From NCBI GenBank assembly GCA_026418175.1, contig JAOABX010000006.1, positions 36,615 through 100,614 of the forward strand: DNA of 64,000 nt, written 5' to 3'. The DNA comes from Flavobacteriales bacterium. Lineage in GTDB: Bacteria; Bacteroidota; Bacteroidia; CAIKAF01. Below, piece after piece: positions 38,318 to 49,400 of this stretch (positions are counted from its first letter, which is position 1; each line of letters starts with the position of its first letter). The notes below the pieces were generated by a model, which was given only the letters and a program-made list of their open reading frames with translations, was not told the DNA's origin and made no database searches. A program made the translations under genes and the position numbers.

Positions 38318-41203
38318 ATGCCTCGCAACCAGTTTATCATGCGGCACATAGGCCCAGATGCCGCTCAAATAGAAAAAATGAGTCAGACACTAGGAGTGTC
38401 AAGTGTAGAAGAATTGATAAACCAAGTGGTTCCTGCAAAAATTAGAAACAACCAGCCTCTGAATATTGAAGAAGGGTTAAGTGAATATCAATACCTTAAA
38501 CACATCTGGGAAGTAGCTCAGCAAAATAAACTTTACCATAATTTTATTGGCCAGGGATATTACGGAACTATTACACCGTCACCTATCCTTCGTAACATAT
38601 TTGAAAATCCAGGATGGTACACCGCATACACTCCCTATCAGGCAGAAATAGCACAGGGAAGAATGGAAGCCATTTTGAATTTTCAAACCATGGTAATGGA
38701 TCTTACCGGCATGAACTTGGCCAATGCTTCGCTGCTTGATGAAGCTACAGCCGCAGCTGAAGGAATGGCCATGGCTTTTCATATGCGAAGCCGTGAAGCA
38801 GAGAAAAATAACGTTAATCGATTTTTTGTATCTCAACATTGCTTTGCACAAACCATTGATGTTTTAAAAACCAGAGCTATACCTTTAGGTATTGAATTAG
38901 TCATAGGCGAAGAGCTATCTTTTACTCCGGATGCTGGATATTTTGGCATGTTGTTACAGTATCCTAATGCTGATGGAAACATTCATGATTATCGTACTTT
39001 AATAGAAAATGCACATGCACTTGGAATGATTGTAGTCGTTGCAACCGACCTGTTAAGTTTAACATTATTAACTCCACCCGGTGAATGGGGGGCTGACATT
39101 GTAGTTGGAAGCTCTCAGCGATTTGGCGTTCCGATGGGATATGGAGGGCCTCATGCTGCTTTCTTTGCTACACGAAAAGAATATCAGCGCCACGTACCCG
39201 GCCGTATCATTGGTGTTTCTATAGATGCACAAGGAAAGCCCGCTCTTCGTATGTCGTTGCAAACTCGCGAACAGCACATCAAACGGGATAAAGCTACATC
39301 AAACATTTGCACAGCCCAAGCTTTATTAGCCATTATGGCATCTATGTATGCCGTTTATCATGGACCCAAGGGATTAAAAAATATTGCACTGCAAATTCAC
39401 AAGAAAACAGCCTTGCTTCAAAATAAGTTAAAGCAGTTTGGCTATACTACTAATGCTACGTTTTTTGATACTATTCAAGTACAAGTTAATTCTGAAGAAA
39501 AAGATTTGATTCAAAAAAAGGCACTTGAAAAAACATGTAACTTTTTTTATTCCCCCAACGGATTCATTGGTATTTCAATAGATGAAACAACAGACTTGAC
39601 ACAACTCAACCTCGTAGCATCCATCTTTGCTCAAGTAAAAAATCTTACCCACTCTCCGTTTAGTGAAGCTGAATTAGAAGAACAAGATCCGGTTATCCCG
39701 GAAAACTTTACCAGAACGAGCCCCTTCCTAACCGCCCATGTGTTTAACGCATACCACTCTGAAACGGAGTTAATGCGATATATAAAAAAATTAGAAAGCA
39801 AGGACATTGCTCTAAATTTTTCGATGATTTCGCTGGGGTCTTGCACCATGAAACTAAATGCCGCCAGTGAAATGATTCCGTTGAGCTGGCCTGAATTCAA
39901 TGCTTTACATCCGTTTGTGCCGGTGGAACAAGCAGCTGGATATATGCAGGTAATCAAAACTTTAGAAAAAGATTTGGCTGAAATTACCGGATTTGATGCC
40001 ATTTCGCTTCAACCCAATTCAGGAGCTCAGGGAGAGTATGCAGGCCTCATGGTAATTCGAGCTTACCACCAAAGCCGGGGCGATCATAAACGAAACGTTG
40101 TACTTATTCCTTCATCTGCTCATGGAACCAATCCTGCCAGTGCTGTTATGGCGGGTATGCAAGTGGTAGTAGTAAAATGCGACGAGATGGGGAATATTGA
40201 TCTGGACGATCTTAGAGCAAAAGCTCAACAATATCAAGATAGCCTCGGTGCCTTAATGGTAACATATCCTTCTACCCATGGCGTTTATGAAGAAACCATC
40301 ATGGAAGTAACTGAAATTATTCATCAATTCGGTGGGCAGGTATATATGGACGGTGCAAACATGAATGCTCAAGTAGGACTAACCAGTCCGGCTCGTATTG
40401 GCGCCGATGTATGTCATTTAAACTTGCATAAAACATTTGCTATTCCGCACGGAGGCGGTGGACCAGGAATGGGACCCATTGGAGTAAAAGCCCACTTGGC
40501 CCCCTTCCTTCCAGGACACACGATTGTTAAAACGGGGGGAACACAGGCCATCTCTGCTGTTTCTGCGGCTCCCTGGGGAAGCCCGCTAATCCTGCTTATT
40601 TCTTATGGATACATCAAAATGCTGGGCGGGTATGGTTTGAAGCGTTCAACAGAATTGGCCATTTTTAATGCCAATTATATGAAAGAACGCATTGCTGAAC
40701 ATTACCCAATTTTGTATACCGGAGCTAATGGCCGCGTTGCTCATGAGTTTATTGTAGATTGCCGGGAATTCAAAAAAACTGCGGGAATTGAAGTGGTTGA
40801 CATTGCCAAACGCTTGATGGATTATGGATTTCATGCCCCTACTGTTTCTTTTCCAGTGGCAGGAACTTTAATGGTTGAACCTACTGAAAGCGAATCAAAA
40901 GATGAGCTGGACCGGTTTTGCGATGCCCTAAATCAAATTAGGCAGGAAATACGTGAAATTGAATTGGGAATTGCAGATCCTCAAAAAAATGTTCTAAAAA
41001 TGGCACCTCATACTGCTAGCGTTGTTACTGCGGATGAATGGAACAGGCCTTACCCTCGCTCTAAAGCAGCTTATCCTCTGAAGTATATTGAAGAAAACAA
41101 GTTTTGGCCATCCGTTTCACGTGTAGATGATGCGTACGGTGATAGAAACTTGGTTTGTTCTTGCCTTCCGCTGGAAGCTTATATGGAAGAGGCTCATAGA
41201 TAA
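38318..41203 (+). CDS. gcvP: Glycine dehydrogenase (decarboxylating), single-chain P-protein
   Basis: 961 aa, collinear with GcvP throughout (FIMRHIGP..., [14 protein letters not shown]-like [30 protein letters not shown] with the PLP lysine). Confidence 0.95.
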   Translation: MPRNQFIMRHIGPDAAQIEKMSQTLGVSSVEELINQVVPAKIRNNQPLNIEEGLSEYQYLKHIWEVAQQNKLYHNFIGQGYYGTITPSPILRNIFENPGWYTAYTPYQAEIAQGRMEAILNFQTMVMDLTGMNLANASLLDEATAAAEGMAMAFHMRSREAEKNNVNRFFVSQHCFAQTIDVLKTRAIPLGIELVIGEELSFTPDAGYFGMLLQYPNADGNIHDYRTLIENAHALGMIVVVATDLLSLTLLTPPGEWGADIVVGSSQRFGVPMGYGGPHAAFFATRKEYQRHVPGRIIGVSIDAQGKPALRMSLQTREQHIKRDKATSNICTAQALLAIMASMYAVYHGPKGLKNIALQIHKKTALLQNKLKQFGYTTNATFFDTIQVQVNSEEKDLIQKKALEKTCNFFYSPNGFIGISIDETTDLTQLNLVASIFAQVKNLTHSPFSEAELEEQDPVIPENFTRTSPFLTAHVFNAYHSETELMRYIKKLESKDIALNFSMISLGSCTMKLNAASEMIPLSWPEFNALHPFVPVEQAAGYMQVIKTLEKDLAEITGFDAISLQPNSGAQGEYAGLMVIRAYHQSRGDHKRNVVLIPSSAHGTNPASAVMAGMQVVVVKCDEMGNIDLDDLRAKAQQYQDSLGALMVTYPSTHGVYEETIMEVTEIIHQFGGQVYMDGANMNAQVGLTSPARIGADVCHLNLHKTFAIPHGGGGPGMGPIGVKAHLAPFLPGHTIVKTGGTQAISAVSAAPWGSPLILLISYGYIKMLGGYGLKRSTELAIFNANYMKERIAEHYPILYTGANGRVAHEFIVDCREFKKTAGIEVVDIAKRLMDYGFHAPTVSFPVAGTLMVEPTESESKDELDRFCDALNQIRQEIREIELGIADPQKNVLKMAPHTASVVTADEWNRPYPRSKAAYPLKYIEENKFWPSVSRVDDAYGDRNLVCSCLPLEAYMEEAHR

Positions 41204-41221
41204 TACCATAATATTTTTTTC

Positions 41222-42334
41222 ATGCTGTTTGAATATGACTCCCCAGACATTTTTGATGTAATCAGAAGCCTTGATTTTGGGCCTTTAAAGGCTTCTTTTA
41301 CCCCTTACCGATTAGAGTTTGTTCGCCCCTCCCGAACATCACGGGGTGTAATGAACTATCGGGATGTTTGGATTTTAAAGGTTTGGGAAAAGGAAAATCC
41401 AGAGGTTTTTGGCTTAGGCGAATGCGCTCCACTACCAGGCCTTAGCATTGAAACGCCTAAGCGAATAGAAGATGCATTGATTGATGTTTGTCACCGCCCC
41501 AATGAATATTTAAATTGGCTCAGCGGTGGATTAGACCAAGCCCCATCGGTAAATTTCGCCTTAGAACAGGCTCTCATTGATTTACATAAGGGAGGAAAAC
41601 GATTGCTTTTTCCAAGCAAATTTACCTTGGGTCATGAACAAATAACTATTAATGGTTTAATTTGGATGGGAAACCCCCAGTACATGATTGACCAAATCAA
41701 CGAAAAAATTCATGCAGGTTTTCGATGCATCAAAATGAAAATTGGTGGTATCTCATTTACAGATGAACTTAAAATCTTACAAGAATTACGCGATACCTTT
41801 GGATATGATGAAATTGAATTACGATTAGATGCTAACGGGGCATTTACTTGGGATGAAGCCCTTGAAAAGTTAGAAGAACTCGCTCCCCTAAACATACATT
41901 CAATTGAACAACCCATAAAGGCCGGTCAATGGGAAGACATGGCAGATTTATGCAGGGTTAGTCCAATACCCATTGCCCTGGATGAAGAATTAATCGGAGA
42001 AACCGAAAGGTACAGTAAGCAAGAATTGCTGGAAAGTATTATGCCTTCCTATATTATATTAAAACCTTCGCTCCTGGGAGGATTTCAACATACAGCCGAA
42101 TGGATTGAATTAGCAGAAGAGTTAAACATCGGATGGTGGATTACTTCTGCTTTAGAAAGCAATATTGGCCTTAACGCCATAGCACAATGGACGTTCACAC
42201 TTCAAAACCCCATGCCTCAAGGGTTAGGAACCGGACAATTGTTCAAAAACAATGTTGATTCACCTTTATTCGTTCAACAAGACAGCCTCATGTTTGACCC
42301 AGACAAAACATGGGATTTATCAAATATAGCATGA
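41222..42334 (+). CDS. menC: Enolase-superfamily o-succinylbenzoate synthase-like protein
   Basis: 370 aa with the enolase-superfamily metal-ligand pattern (LRLDANG, SIEQP, ALDEEL). It is adjacent to, and overlaps, a MenE-like ligase gene. Confidence 0.6.
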   Translation: MLFEYDSPDIFDVIRSLDFGPLKASFTPYRLEFVRPSRTSRGVMNYRDVWILKVWEKENPEVFGLGECAPLPGLSIETPKRIEDALIDVCHRPNEYLNWLSGGLDQAPSVNFALEQALIDLHKGGKRLLFPSKFTLGHEQITINGLIWMGNPQYMIDQINEKIHAGFRCIKMKIGGISFTDELKILQELRDTFGYDEIELRLDANGAFTWDEALEKLEELAPLNIHSIEQPIKAGQWEDMADLCRVSPIPIALDEELIGETERYSKQELLESIMPSYIILKPSLLGGFQHTAEWIELAEELNIGWWITSALESNIGLNAIAQWTFTLQNPMPQGLGTGQLFKNNVDSPLFVQQDSLMFDPDKTWDLSNIA

Positions 42335-43374
42335 ATCAAACGCTTCGCATCAACGGTGAAGTTCTGAATCATTCTGAACTTTTGAAAAAAGAAGAAATAG
42401 CTGAAAACAACTGGGAAAAGGAAATTTATCACTTTGCTGCATGGCTAACCGGGAATGACGATACCCCAATCCTATTTAAAACCTCCGGTTCTACCGGAAT
42501 GCCCAAAAATATAGAGTTTACAAAAAAAAATGTGTTTGATGCTGCCTGGAGAACTATTAAATACTTTAATTTACGTTATAATCAACGATTTTTACTTTGC
42601 CTTCCGGCAGCCTTTGTTGCCGGCAGAATGATGATAGCAAGAGCTTGGGCCTGTGGCGCTGATTTATTAATAGTTGCCCCTTCAATGCAACCATTAAGTA
42701 CACTACCCCCCGATTGTAAAATTCATTTTGCAGCATTTACCCCTCCTCAACTTGAAAAAATTTTATATTCAAAAAACAAATTATTATTACGTAATATTGA
42801 TACTATTATTATTGGTGGAGGTGTTGTAAAAAAAGAATTAAATGATTTATTATTAGACATGCCTAATAATATTTATCAAACTTATGGAATGACCGAAACA
42901 TTATCACATGTTGCAGTAAAAAAATTAAATGCTCCTGCTGATAATTATTATCATTCTGTCAGCGAAGAAATTCGCTTTTCAACAAGCCCTGATCAATCAT
43001 TAATTGTACATGTTAATAATCAAGAAATAAAAACAACTGACCAGGTTAGGCTAATAAACTCAAAAAGCTTTGAATGGTTGGGCAGAAACGATTTTGTTAT
43101 TAATTCCGGTGGATTAAAAATTCATCCTGAACAACTAGAAGCAACACTTATAAAGTTAGGAATATTAAAAGAAAATCGTTTTTATGTTACAGCTGCCAAA
43201 GATCAAGAGTGGGGAGAGCGGCCTTGTTTGGTTACACTTGATTTAATTTCTGATGATGAATTGCAGCTCATCAATCATCATCTGCAAAAACATCATCAAA
43301 TTAAAAAAATTATCCACGTGTCAGCTTTTGATTATACGCCAACCGGAAAGTTAATTCGAAAAAAATTTGATTAA
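42331..43374 (+). CDS. menE: Short-form AMP-binding enzyme, o-succinylbenzoate-CoA ligase-like
   Basis: It carries the AMP-binding motif KTSGSTGMPK and YGMTET. I prefer the start at ATG 42331 (ATGA overlap with the menC stop) over 42310. Confidence 0.6.
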   Translation: MNQTLRINGEVLNHSELLKKEEIAENNWEKEIYHFAAWLTGNDDTPILFKTSGSTGMPKNIEFTKKNVFDAAWRTIKYFNLRYNQRFLLCLPAAFVAGRMMIARAWACGADLLIVAPSMQPLSTLPPDCKIHFAAFTPPQLEKILYSKNKLLLRNIDTIIIGGGVVKKELNDLLLDMPNNIYQTYGMTETLSHVAVKKLNAPADNYYHSVSEEIRFSTSPDQSLIVHVNNQEIKTTDQVRLINSKSFEWLGRNDFVINSGGLKIHPEQLEATLIKLGILKENRFYVTAAKDQEWGERPCLVTLDLISDDELQLINHHLQKHHQIKKIIHVSAFDYTPTGKLIRKKFD

Positions 43375-43378
43375 AAAG

Positions 43379-43909
43379 TTATTGGGAAAGTTCCGATTTA
43401 AAATTCGCCTGATAGGTAGCCCAATCGATTGTTTTATACGCACCAGTCCCAAAAAACTTCAACACCGGCTCTATATCAGCTGGTTTATAAAATCCTGGAA
43501 CTGGCTGAATAACCTTAAATTCTTCATCCATATATACAATGGTTGGATAACTTAATTTCCCCTGCAACATTTCGGCAGCCAGCTCATTGTAGCCACTTCT
43601 GCCATTGGGTATATATTTATATGTTTTACCACGAAACACAATATCTTCCTTTTGTTCTGCATTAAATTTAACCGGATAATAATATTGGTTAATAATTTTT
43701 GCAATGGTAGGATGCTGAAACGTTTGTTGATCCATTACTTTACACCAACCACACCAATCCGTATATACATCTATAAATAACTTCTTAGGTTGTTTAGCCA
43801 TTTGTTTTTCTGCCTCCTGAAGTGTTAGCCATTTTAACGACTCCTGACCTTTTACTACTCCTGAAATCAATAAAGAAACCAACACAAGGTATAATGAAAT
43901 TCTTTTCAT
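43379..43909 (-). CDS. Exported thioredoxin-fold protein
   Basis: 176 aa with a signal peptide and a CxxC active site in YTDWCGWCKVM. Confidence 0.6.
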   Translation of the reverse strand: MKRISLYLVLVSLLISGVVKGQESLKWLTLQEAEKQMAKQPKKLFIDVYTDWCGWCKVMDQQTFQHPTIAKIINQYYYPVKFNAEQKEDIVFRGKTYKYIPNGRSGYNELAAEMLQGKLSYPTIVYMDEEFKVIQPVPGFYKPADIEPVLKFFGTGAYKTIDWATYQANFKSELSQ

Positions 43910-43995
43910 AGGTTAATATTAAAATCCAAATTAGTAAATAATTATCAAACTACTAACCAAATAAGATATGAAAAAATACTTTAACGAAATTTTTA

Positions 43996-44775
43996 CTAAT
44001 TCTCTAAAATTTGAAAAACAAGTTGATCGTATAATCGGGAAGCACCTATTCTAAAAAAATGGGGTGATAAATAGGCTGTGCCTAACAAATTAGATACCTG
44101 TTGAATGTAAGAGTTCGCATCTTCTATAGTTGCTATCCCTCCAGAAATTTTAATGCCGGTTAAAAATCCTTTTGTTTTATTGCATAATCCAATTTCCTCA
44201 CAGATAGCCTTTACAGCTTCAGGAGTAGCACCCACAGACGACTTGCCTGTTGATGTTTTTACAAAATTTGCTCCTGCTTGAATACAAATGTGAGTAGCTT
44301 TTTTAATTAGTTCTTTCGTAACAAGTTCCCCAGACTCAATTATTACTTTTAACAACTTATCACCACATTGTTCTTTTACCGCAGCAATTTCATCAAACAC
44401 ATATTGCTCATCGCCATCCATTAATCGGGCGCGATTTATAACCATATCTATCTCGTTGGCCCCTTCATCCAATGCAGCTTTGGTTTCTTCTATTTTGATA
44501 ATTAAAGGAGTTTGGCCTGCCGGAAAACCGCCGGTTACAGATGCAACGGCAATATGATATGGCAAATGATTTCGAACTTGTTTTACCAAAGTAGGATATA
44601 CACAAACCGCAGCTGGATAAAGTTGCAGATGTTCTAATACTACGGCTTGTTTCGTAATATAGTCAACAGATTTTATACCATCCGTTGCATTCAAGGTGGT
44701 TAAATCTATAAATGGGATAATTTGTGATGCTTTCATAGAAAAAACACCGCTACAATAGGTAACGGTGTTCATCAT
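43996..44775 (-). CDS. deoC: Deoxyribose-phosphate aldolase
   Basis: The motifs IDLTTL, FVKTSTGK (Schiff-base Lys) and KISGGI are present. The real start may be the ATG at 44736 (MKASQII). Confidence 0.8.
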   Translation of the reverse strand: MMNTVTYCSGVFSMKASQIIPFIDLTTLNATDGIKSVDYITKQAVVLEHLQLYPAAVCVYPTLVKQVRNHLPYHIAVASVTGGFPAGQTPLIIKIEETKAALDEGANEIDMVINRARLMDGDEQYVFDEIAAVKEQCGDKLLKVIIESGELVTKELIKKATHICIQAGANFVKTSTGKSSVGATPEAVKAICEEIGLCNKTKGFLTGIKISGGIATIEDANSYIQQVSNLLGTAYLSPHFFRIGASRLYDQLVFQILEN

Positions 44776-44793
44776 AAATATTGTTTGAATTAT

Positions 44794-45516
44794 TTATTTA
44801 AGTGTAAAAGCTATAGGTAAACGATACTGTACACGAACCGGGCGACCACGTTGTTTGCCGGGAGTGAAGGGAGGAAGTTTTTTGATTACACGTTCTGCTT
44901 CTTCATCACAGCCACCTCCAATTCCCCGAAGAATTTGTACTTGCCCAACAGAACCATCTTTTTCAACCACAAATGAAACAAAGACCTTGCCTTGTATACC
45001 AAGCTCTTTGGCTTGTTGTGGATATTTTATGTTTTGTGATAGAAATGCATACAATTTTTCCTGAAAACATTTGCTTGCATCTTCTTCGTTTTTTTCTTTT
45101 TCACACCCTTTAAAGCGAGGCATATCTTCTACTATTTGAAACACCTCGTTATCATCGGTTACTGTTTCTGTTTCTGTAAAGTCAGTAGATTTTGTTATCT
45201 CTGTATTTTCTGTAACTTCAACATCCTGAACCTGCATTTCATTTTCAACCTCTACATCGTTCTCTACAATTTCCAATACTTCTACTACGGTTGGCGGCGG
45301 TGGTGGTGGTGGTGGTGGTGTTTCTGGTTGAGTTGCCAAAATAGTTTCTTCAATTTCCTCGTCGATTGACATATCAATCATTTGGGTAATCTTTTCTTGG
45401 AAAGTACGGTATTCAAATGCCAGCAAGCCCAATGAAAGCGAGATAACGAAACCAATGGCAATGAACATTGGGCGTTGTCTATTTAAATCTACTTCCGGAT
45501 TTTTTCTGATTTCCAT
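44794..45516 (-). CDS. tonB: Energy transducer TonB
   Basis: 240 aa with an N-terminal TM anchor, a Pro9 linker, an acidic linker and a C-terminal TonB domain (GKVFVSFVVEKDGSV...PGKQRGRPVRV). Confidence 0.8.
   Translation of the reverse strand: MEIRKNPEVDLNRQRPMFIAIGFVISLSLGLLAFEYRTFQEKITQMIDMSIDEEIEETILATQPETPPPPPPPPPTVVEVLEIVENDVEVENEMQVQDVEVTENTEITKSTDFTETETVTDDNEVFQIVEDMPRFKGCEKEKNEEDASKCFQEKLYAFLSQNIKYPQQAKELGIQGKVFVSFVVEKDGSVGQVQILRGIGGGCDEEAERVIKKLPPFTPGKQRGRPVRVQYRLPIAFTLK
45293..45319. repeat. Trinucleotide microsatellite (GGC)2(GGT)7 encoding the Pro9 tract of TonB
   Basis: Read directly as ggcggcggtggtggtggtggtggtggt, which is nine CCN codons on the minus strand. Confidence 0.9.
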
Positions 45517-45608
45517 AACATCTTCCGTATTTGAGGTTAAAAATACAATATTTATTGGTTTTTACAATAAACCTTACATATACAAATACACGGGTTTATC
45601 GGAAAAGT

Positions 45609-45998
45609 TCACAGCCGAACTGTAGTTTTATCCATTTTATAGAAAATTAATTCAAACAAAAGCCAACCTACCATTACTCCAAGCGTATTAGCCAAAGCGT
45701 CTAATGCATCAAATGAACGATCTGGCAATAGTAATCCCTGCAATAATTCCATAAGCAAACCGTAGAAGATTGAAAAAATAATTGAACATGGTACAGCCTG
45801 ATAACGTAACCGTTTGAAGGTATATTGTTTTTTAAGGCCAATCATCATTTGAAACGTCAAACAGCCAAATATGGCTGTGTGAAACAATTTATCAAATGAA
45901 ATATAGGGCGACTGGGGCACATTCCTGCCGGGAATTAAACACACCGCGGCTATGATTAATAGCCAAAGTATGGTAATAAAATTATGACGAAAAAACAT
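45609..45998 (-). CDS. VanZ-family membrane protein
   Basis: 129 aa with 4 TM segments. The motifs FDKLFHTAIFG and DALDALANTLG are typical of VanZ-like proteins. Confidence 0.6.
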   Translation of the reverse strand: MFFRHNFITILWLLIIAAVCLIPGRNVPQSPYISFDKLFHTAIFGCLTFQMMIGLKKQYTFKRLRYQAVPCSIIFSIFYGLLMELLQGLLLPDRSFDALDALANTLGVMVGWLLFELIFYKMDKTTVRL

Positions 45999-46000
45999 GA

Positions 46001-46381
46001 TTAGTGACCGATGTGGGTCTTATAAGAAGCGCTATCCATCAACATGTTTAATTCTTCAGGATTGGTAATCCGAATTTTAATTATCCAGCCTTCGCCATAA
46101 GGATCATGGTTTACCAATTCTGGGCTTGAATCCAGTTTGGGATTAACCTCTAATACTTCACCACTTATCGGCATAAACAAATCAGATACTGTTTTTACAG
46201 CTTCAACGGTTCCAAACACGGTATCTTTTGAAAGGGTTTCTCCAACGGTATCAATTTCAACAAATACAATATCGCCTAATTCGCTCTGTGCAAAATCTGA
46301 AATACCTACAATGCCAGTATCGCCTTGTACTTTAATCCATTCGTGATCTTTGGAATACTTAATATCATTAGGAATGTTCAT
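46001..46381 (-). CDS. gcvH: Glycine cleavage system H protein
   Basis: 126 aa. It has YSKDHEWIK and the lipoyl-lysine motif VEAVKTVSD. Confidence 0.9.
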   Translation of the reverse strand: MNIPNDIKYSKDHEWIKVQGDTGIVGISDFAQSELGDIVFVEIDTVGETLSKDTVFGTVEAVKTVSDLFMPISGEVLEVNPKLDSSPELVNHDPYGEGWIIKIRITNPEELNMLMDSASYKTHIGH

Positions 46382-46400
46382 AGCTTATCATTTGGGTTGC

Positions 46401-46408
46401 CAAACGTA
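46401..46408 (-). promoter_or_regulatory. Bacteroidota-type -7 box (TACGTTTG on the minus strand) for gcvH
   Basis: CAAACGTA on the plus strand, 19 nt upstream of the ATG at 46381. It lies in the 74-nt gap after sprA. Confidence 0.4.
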
Positions 46409-46455
46409 CATTTTTTTTTATTGATAACAAATGCCAATATAAAAAATATCGTCAA

Positions 46456-49400
46456 TTATTGAGTTAATGTAAAGCGCACGCTTAAGCCCGCATTGGTATT
46501 GGCTGTCGGGAATTGGTTTGCAACAAATGGGTTGTTTATAATTTGGTCTACAAATAACCTAACCGAGAGTGATGTATTAATCATATATTCAGCAAATGCT
46601 TTAATGGTGACGGCACGTTGTCCGGCTGTTACTTGTTCTACTATGGGTGATATTTTCCGTATAACTGTTGAGTTATCGCGGAGGCCAAAATCAAAGCGTA
46701 AATTCAAATTGTTTTTTATTTGCTTACCATTTATTCGGAATGGAAGCTTAAGTTCTTTAATAATATATCCGGCACCCACAACTACTTCAAAAGTGTTGTT
46801 TTCAGTAATTTGCTGGTTGGGGAAATTTAATGAAATGTTTCGACTGGATTTTATTTCAACCGATGCAGTGACACTATTGTGCATGGTCATATCAACCTTT
46901 ATCAATGGATTAAAGGATTCAACCAACGATACACTATTTAAAAAGAATCGGGATATAAAATTATTATTATCATCACGAATGCTTTGGTCCCATGGATTAT
47001 TTATCCAGTCTTGTGGGTTTTTATCATTATACACATAATTTGATTGATAGCCAGCTACTCCGTATGTAGATGAATAGGCATGGGTAAGAACCATGTTTTT
47101 AAAGGCTTTTTTAATAAAACTAATGTCTTTTAGTCCATCAAATTGTACGCGCCAATTTGGAATAGGAATAACAGGGAACAAATTCAAATCCATTGTGGAA
47201 GCATCGCGACCAGTATAAGCTGATAAGAAGGAATACAACAATACATCTTGTTGGGTTTCGCCATACCCACTTTGGTAGGTAGCCCCATTTACAACCGTGG
47301 CATTAGGATTTAGCAGAGCTAAACGATTGGATATCACAGAGCGGTTCTGTAACATATTATTAAACCAACGGGAAGTAAAGTTAGGTCCTATGCCACCAAA
47401 GGTGGTTCCCAGTGTCATATATGACATGGTAAAGTTTCCAGTTGTTAAAGGATTTTGGGCTACAAAATCGCCTACAGAGGGTACATACCGATAATTTGAT
47501 TGATAATTTTCTGCAAATGTTCGGTTAGCGGTAAGCGTTACCCGGAAGCCTTTAAATGGTTCATAGGTAGCATTAGCTGTTAAATTGGATGAGTGCGTAC
47601 GCATAAACAGCACATTTAGAGAACTGTCTCTAATCAACCAGGCATTCTGAACGATGTTATTTACTAAATCAACATCGCTAAATTGACGCCCCATTACAAA
47701 ATCAGGCCCAAATGAAGGATTATAAAAGTCTATTCCAAATAATGTAGTGCCGGCTTTATAGCCCGGAAGTGTGGTTCCATTCGATTCATTGTAGCTCACC
47801 GAAATGTTTTTAACTCCGGTTACTATTTTAGCCAAGGTTTCAGGGATTATCATCCATCGGAAAGGTTTCTTTTCAATTTTACCTTCAATCTTAATGGTTG
47901 CATCTTTTACATCTTCATCCGCAATGAACCGGGCTTTCTTTTTATCAACTACTTCCGTTTTTCCTTTTATTTCTCGTCCATCCGGAGCAAATACTTTAAT
48001 TGTAATATTCTCAGTTTTTAAGTCATGCTTTATCAGTTTCTTTTTCCCCGCCTTAAAGTTCACTCCAGCTTTTTCCCAATTTACAATTTTATATTTGGGT
48101 TTCTTTTTCTCATCATCTTCTTCGCCTTCTTTTTTTGGTTGTTGTTGATTATTAGAGGTTGATTTTTTATTGGTTTGATTTCCTTTATTGGGTTTTCCTA
48201 AATCCTTTATCCAAGGAATTTTATTGTATAAGGTTGTCATATTCAACTGCACATTTCCCTTAATTGTATTTGAGTTTTGTGCTGTATTTCCCCACCTACC
48301 CATGGTAAATTTGCCTGTAGTATCACGTTCCATATTTCCAGCAGTCCAGCGATAATTCCCTCCATAGCTAATTGAAGCAGTAATCCAGTCAGTTAGCGGA
48401 AATTTACTTAAGGGCAAGGTATAACTTGCATCCCAATTGTGTTGGTAATTGGTATTACGGCCAAAGAATTTAACCCGTGCAGCAACCGACGAATCCAGAA
48501 CCATTTCTGGCTCATCAATACGTGAATTATTTGTAGCGCTAAAGGTTAAGTTCACCGATTTAAAAGGACTGTACTGAAACTCATAAGTACGAACCCAAGT
48601 AAAGTTTTTGCGGTAAGTAGGTAAAATTAACAAGGGATATTCGGTGGTATTTCGAAGCAAAAATTCATTTACATCACGCTGGATATTTGCTCTGAAGGCA
48701 AGCCGCTTGGGCGACCAAGAAAAATTAAAGTCTTTAATCCATTTTACCCATTTTGATTTCAAGCCTTTTGATTTTTTAAAGGGTTCCCAGCTTTTGGGTT
48801 GTGGCGTAAAAGTATAACCTAAAGAGCCTCTGTGTTCTGTAGTATTATTATATTCTGTTCGTGTATCCCTGAAGGTTTCTTTAGTATAAGAGTATGATAC
48901 GTCCCAGTTTTCAATGTCCCAAATTTTAGGTTTCCGCTTGTTATTGGTACGGTTTTTCTTCATGTTGGTAACATTGAAGTTAGTTTTAGTAATATAGGTT
49001 TGAGATAGCTGACGAAGTGTATCCCGGGCACCATCAGTTTGTAATGCATTTAAAGCATCAGTAAACCGAACATCAGGGTCCAACGGATTAAATTGTGGAT
49101 TTTCAACTTTTGAAGAATATCCAAAAAATACCGGAACTGTTACTCCGGATTTGGCCCCAAAGAACTTCCCTAATTCAAAGCTACTGGTAAAATCAAAGGT
49201 TGTGGTATTGTTTCTACTGCGCTGAAGTGGTTTTTGATCAATATTTCCAAATCCAAATGTAGTATGTGAAAGGGCAGACGAAACCTGTCCAAAATCAGCC
49301 AAATTTACTTGTGCCCGAGCTTTAGCAGCCCAGCCTCCTGACTCAAAATAATCTGTTAAGCGAAGCTCGTTAACCCATATCTGCGCACATTTGGGCAACC

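Noticed and set aside
46493-47038. 181-aa plus-strand ORF antisense to sprA. Similar antisense ORFs occur at 47804..48148, 36286..36765 (in kynU), 27915..28352 (in actA) and 4020..4367 (in the repeat protein).
   Set aside because: Each lies entirely inside a long, well-supported gene on the other strand. Their translations are low-complexity (Ser/Phe/Leu/Cys-rich) with no motifs. They are typical shadow ORFs of AT-rich coding sequence.
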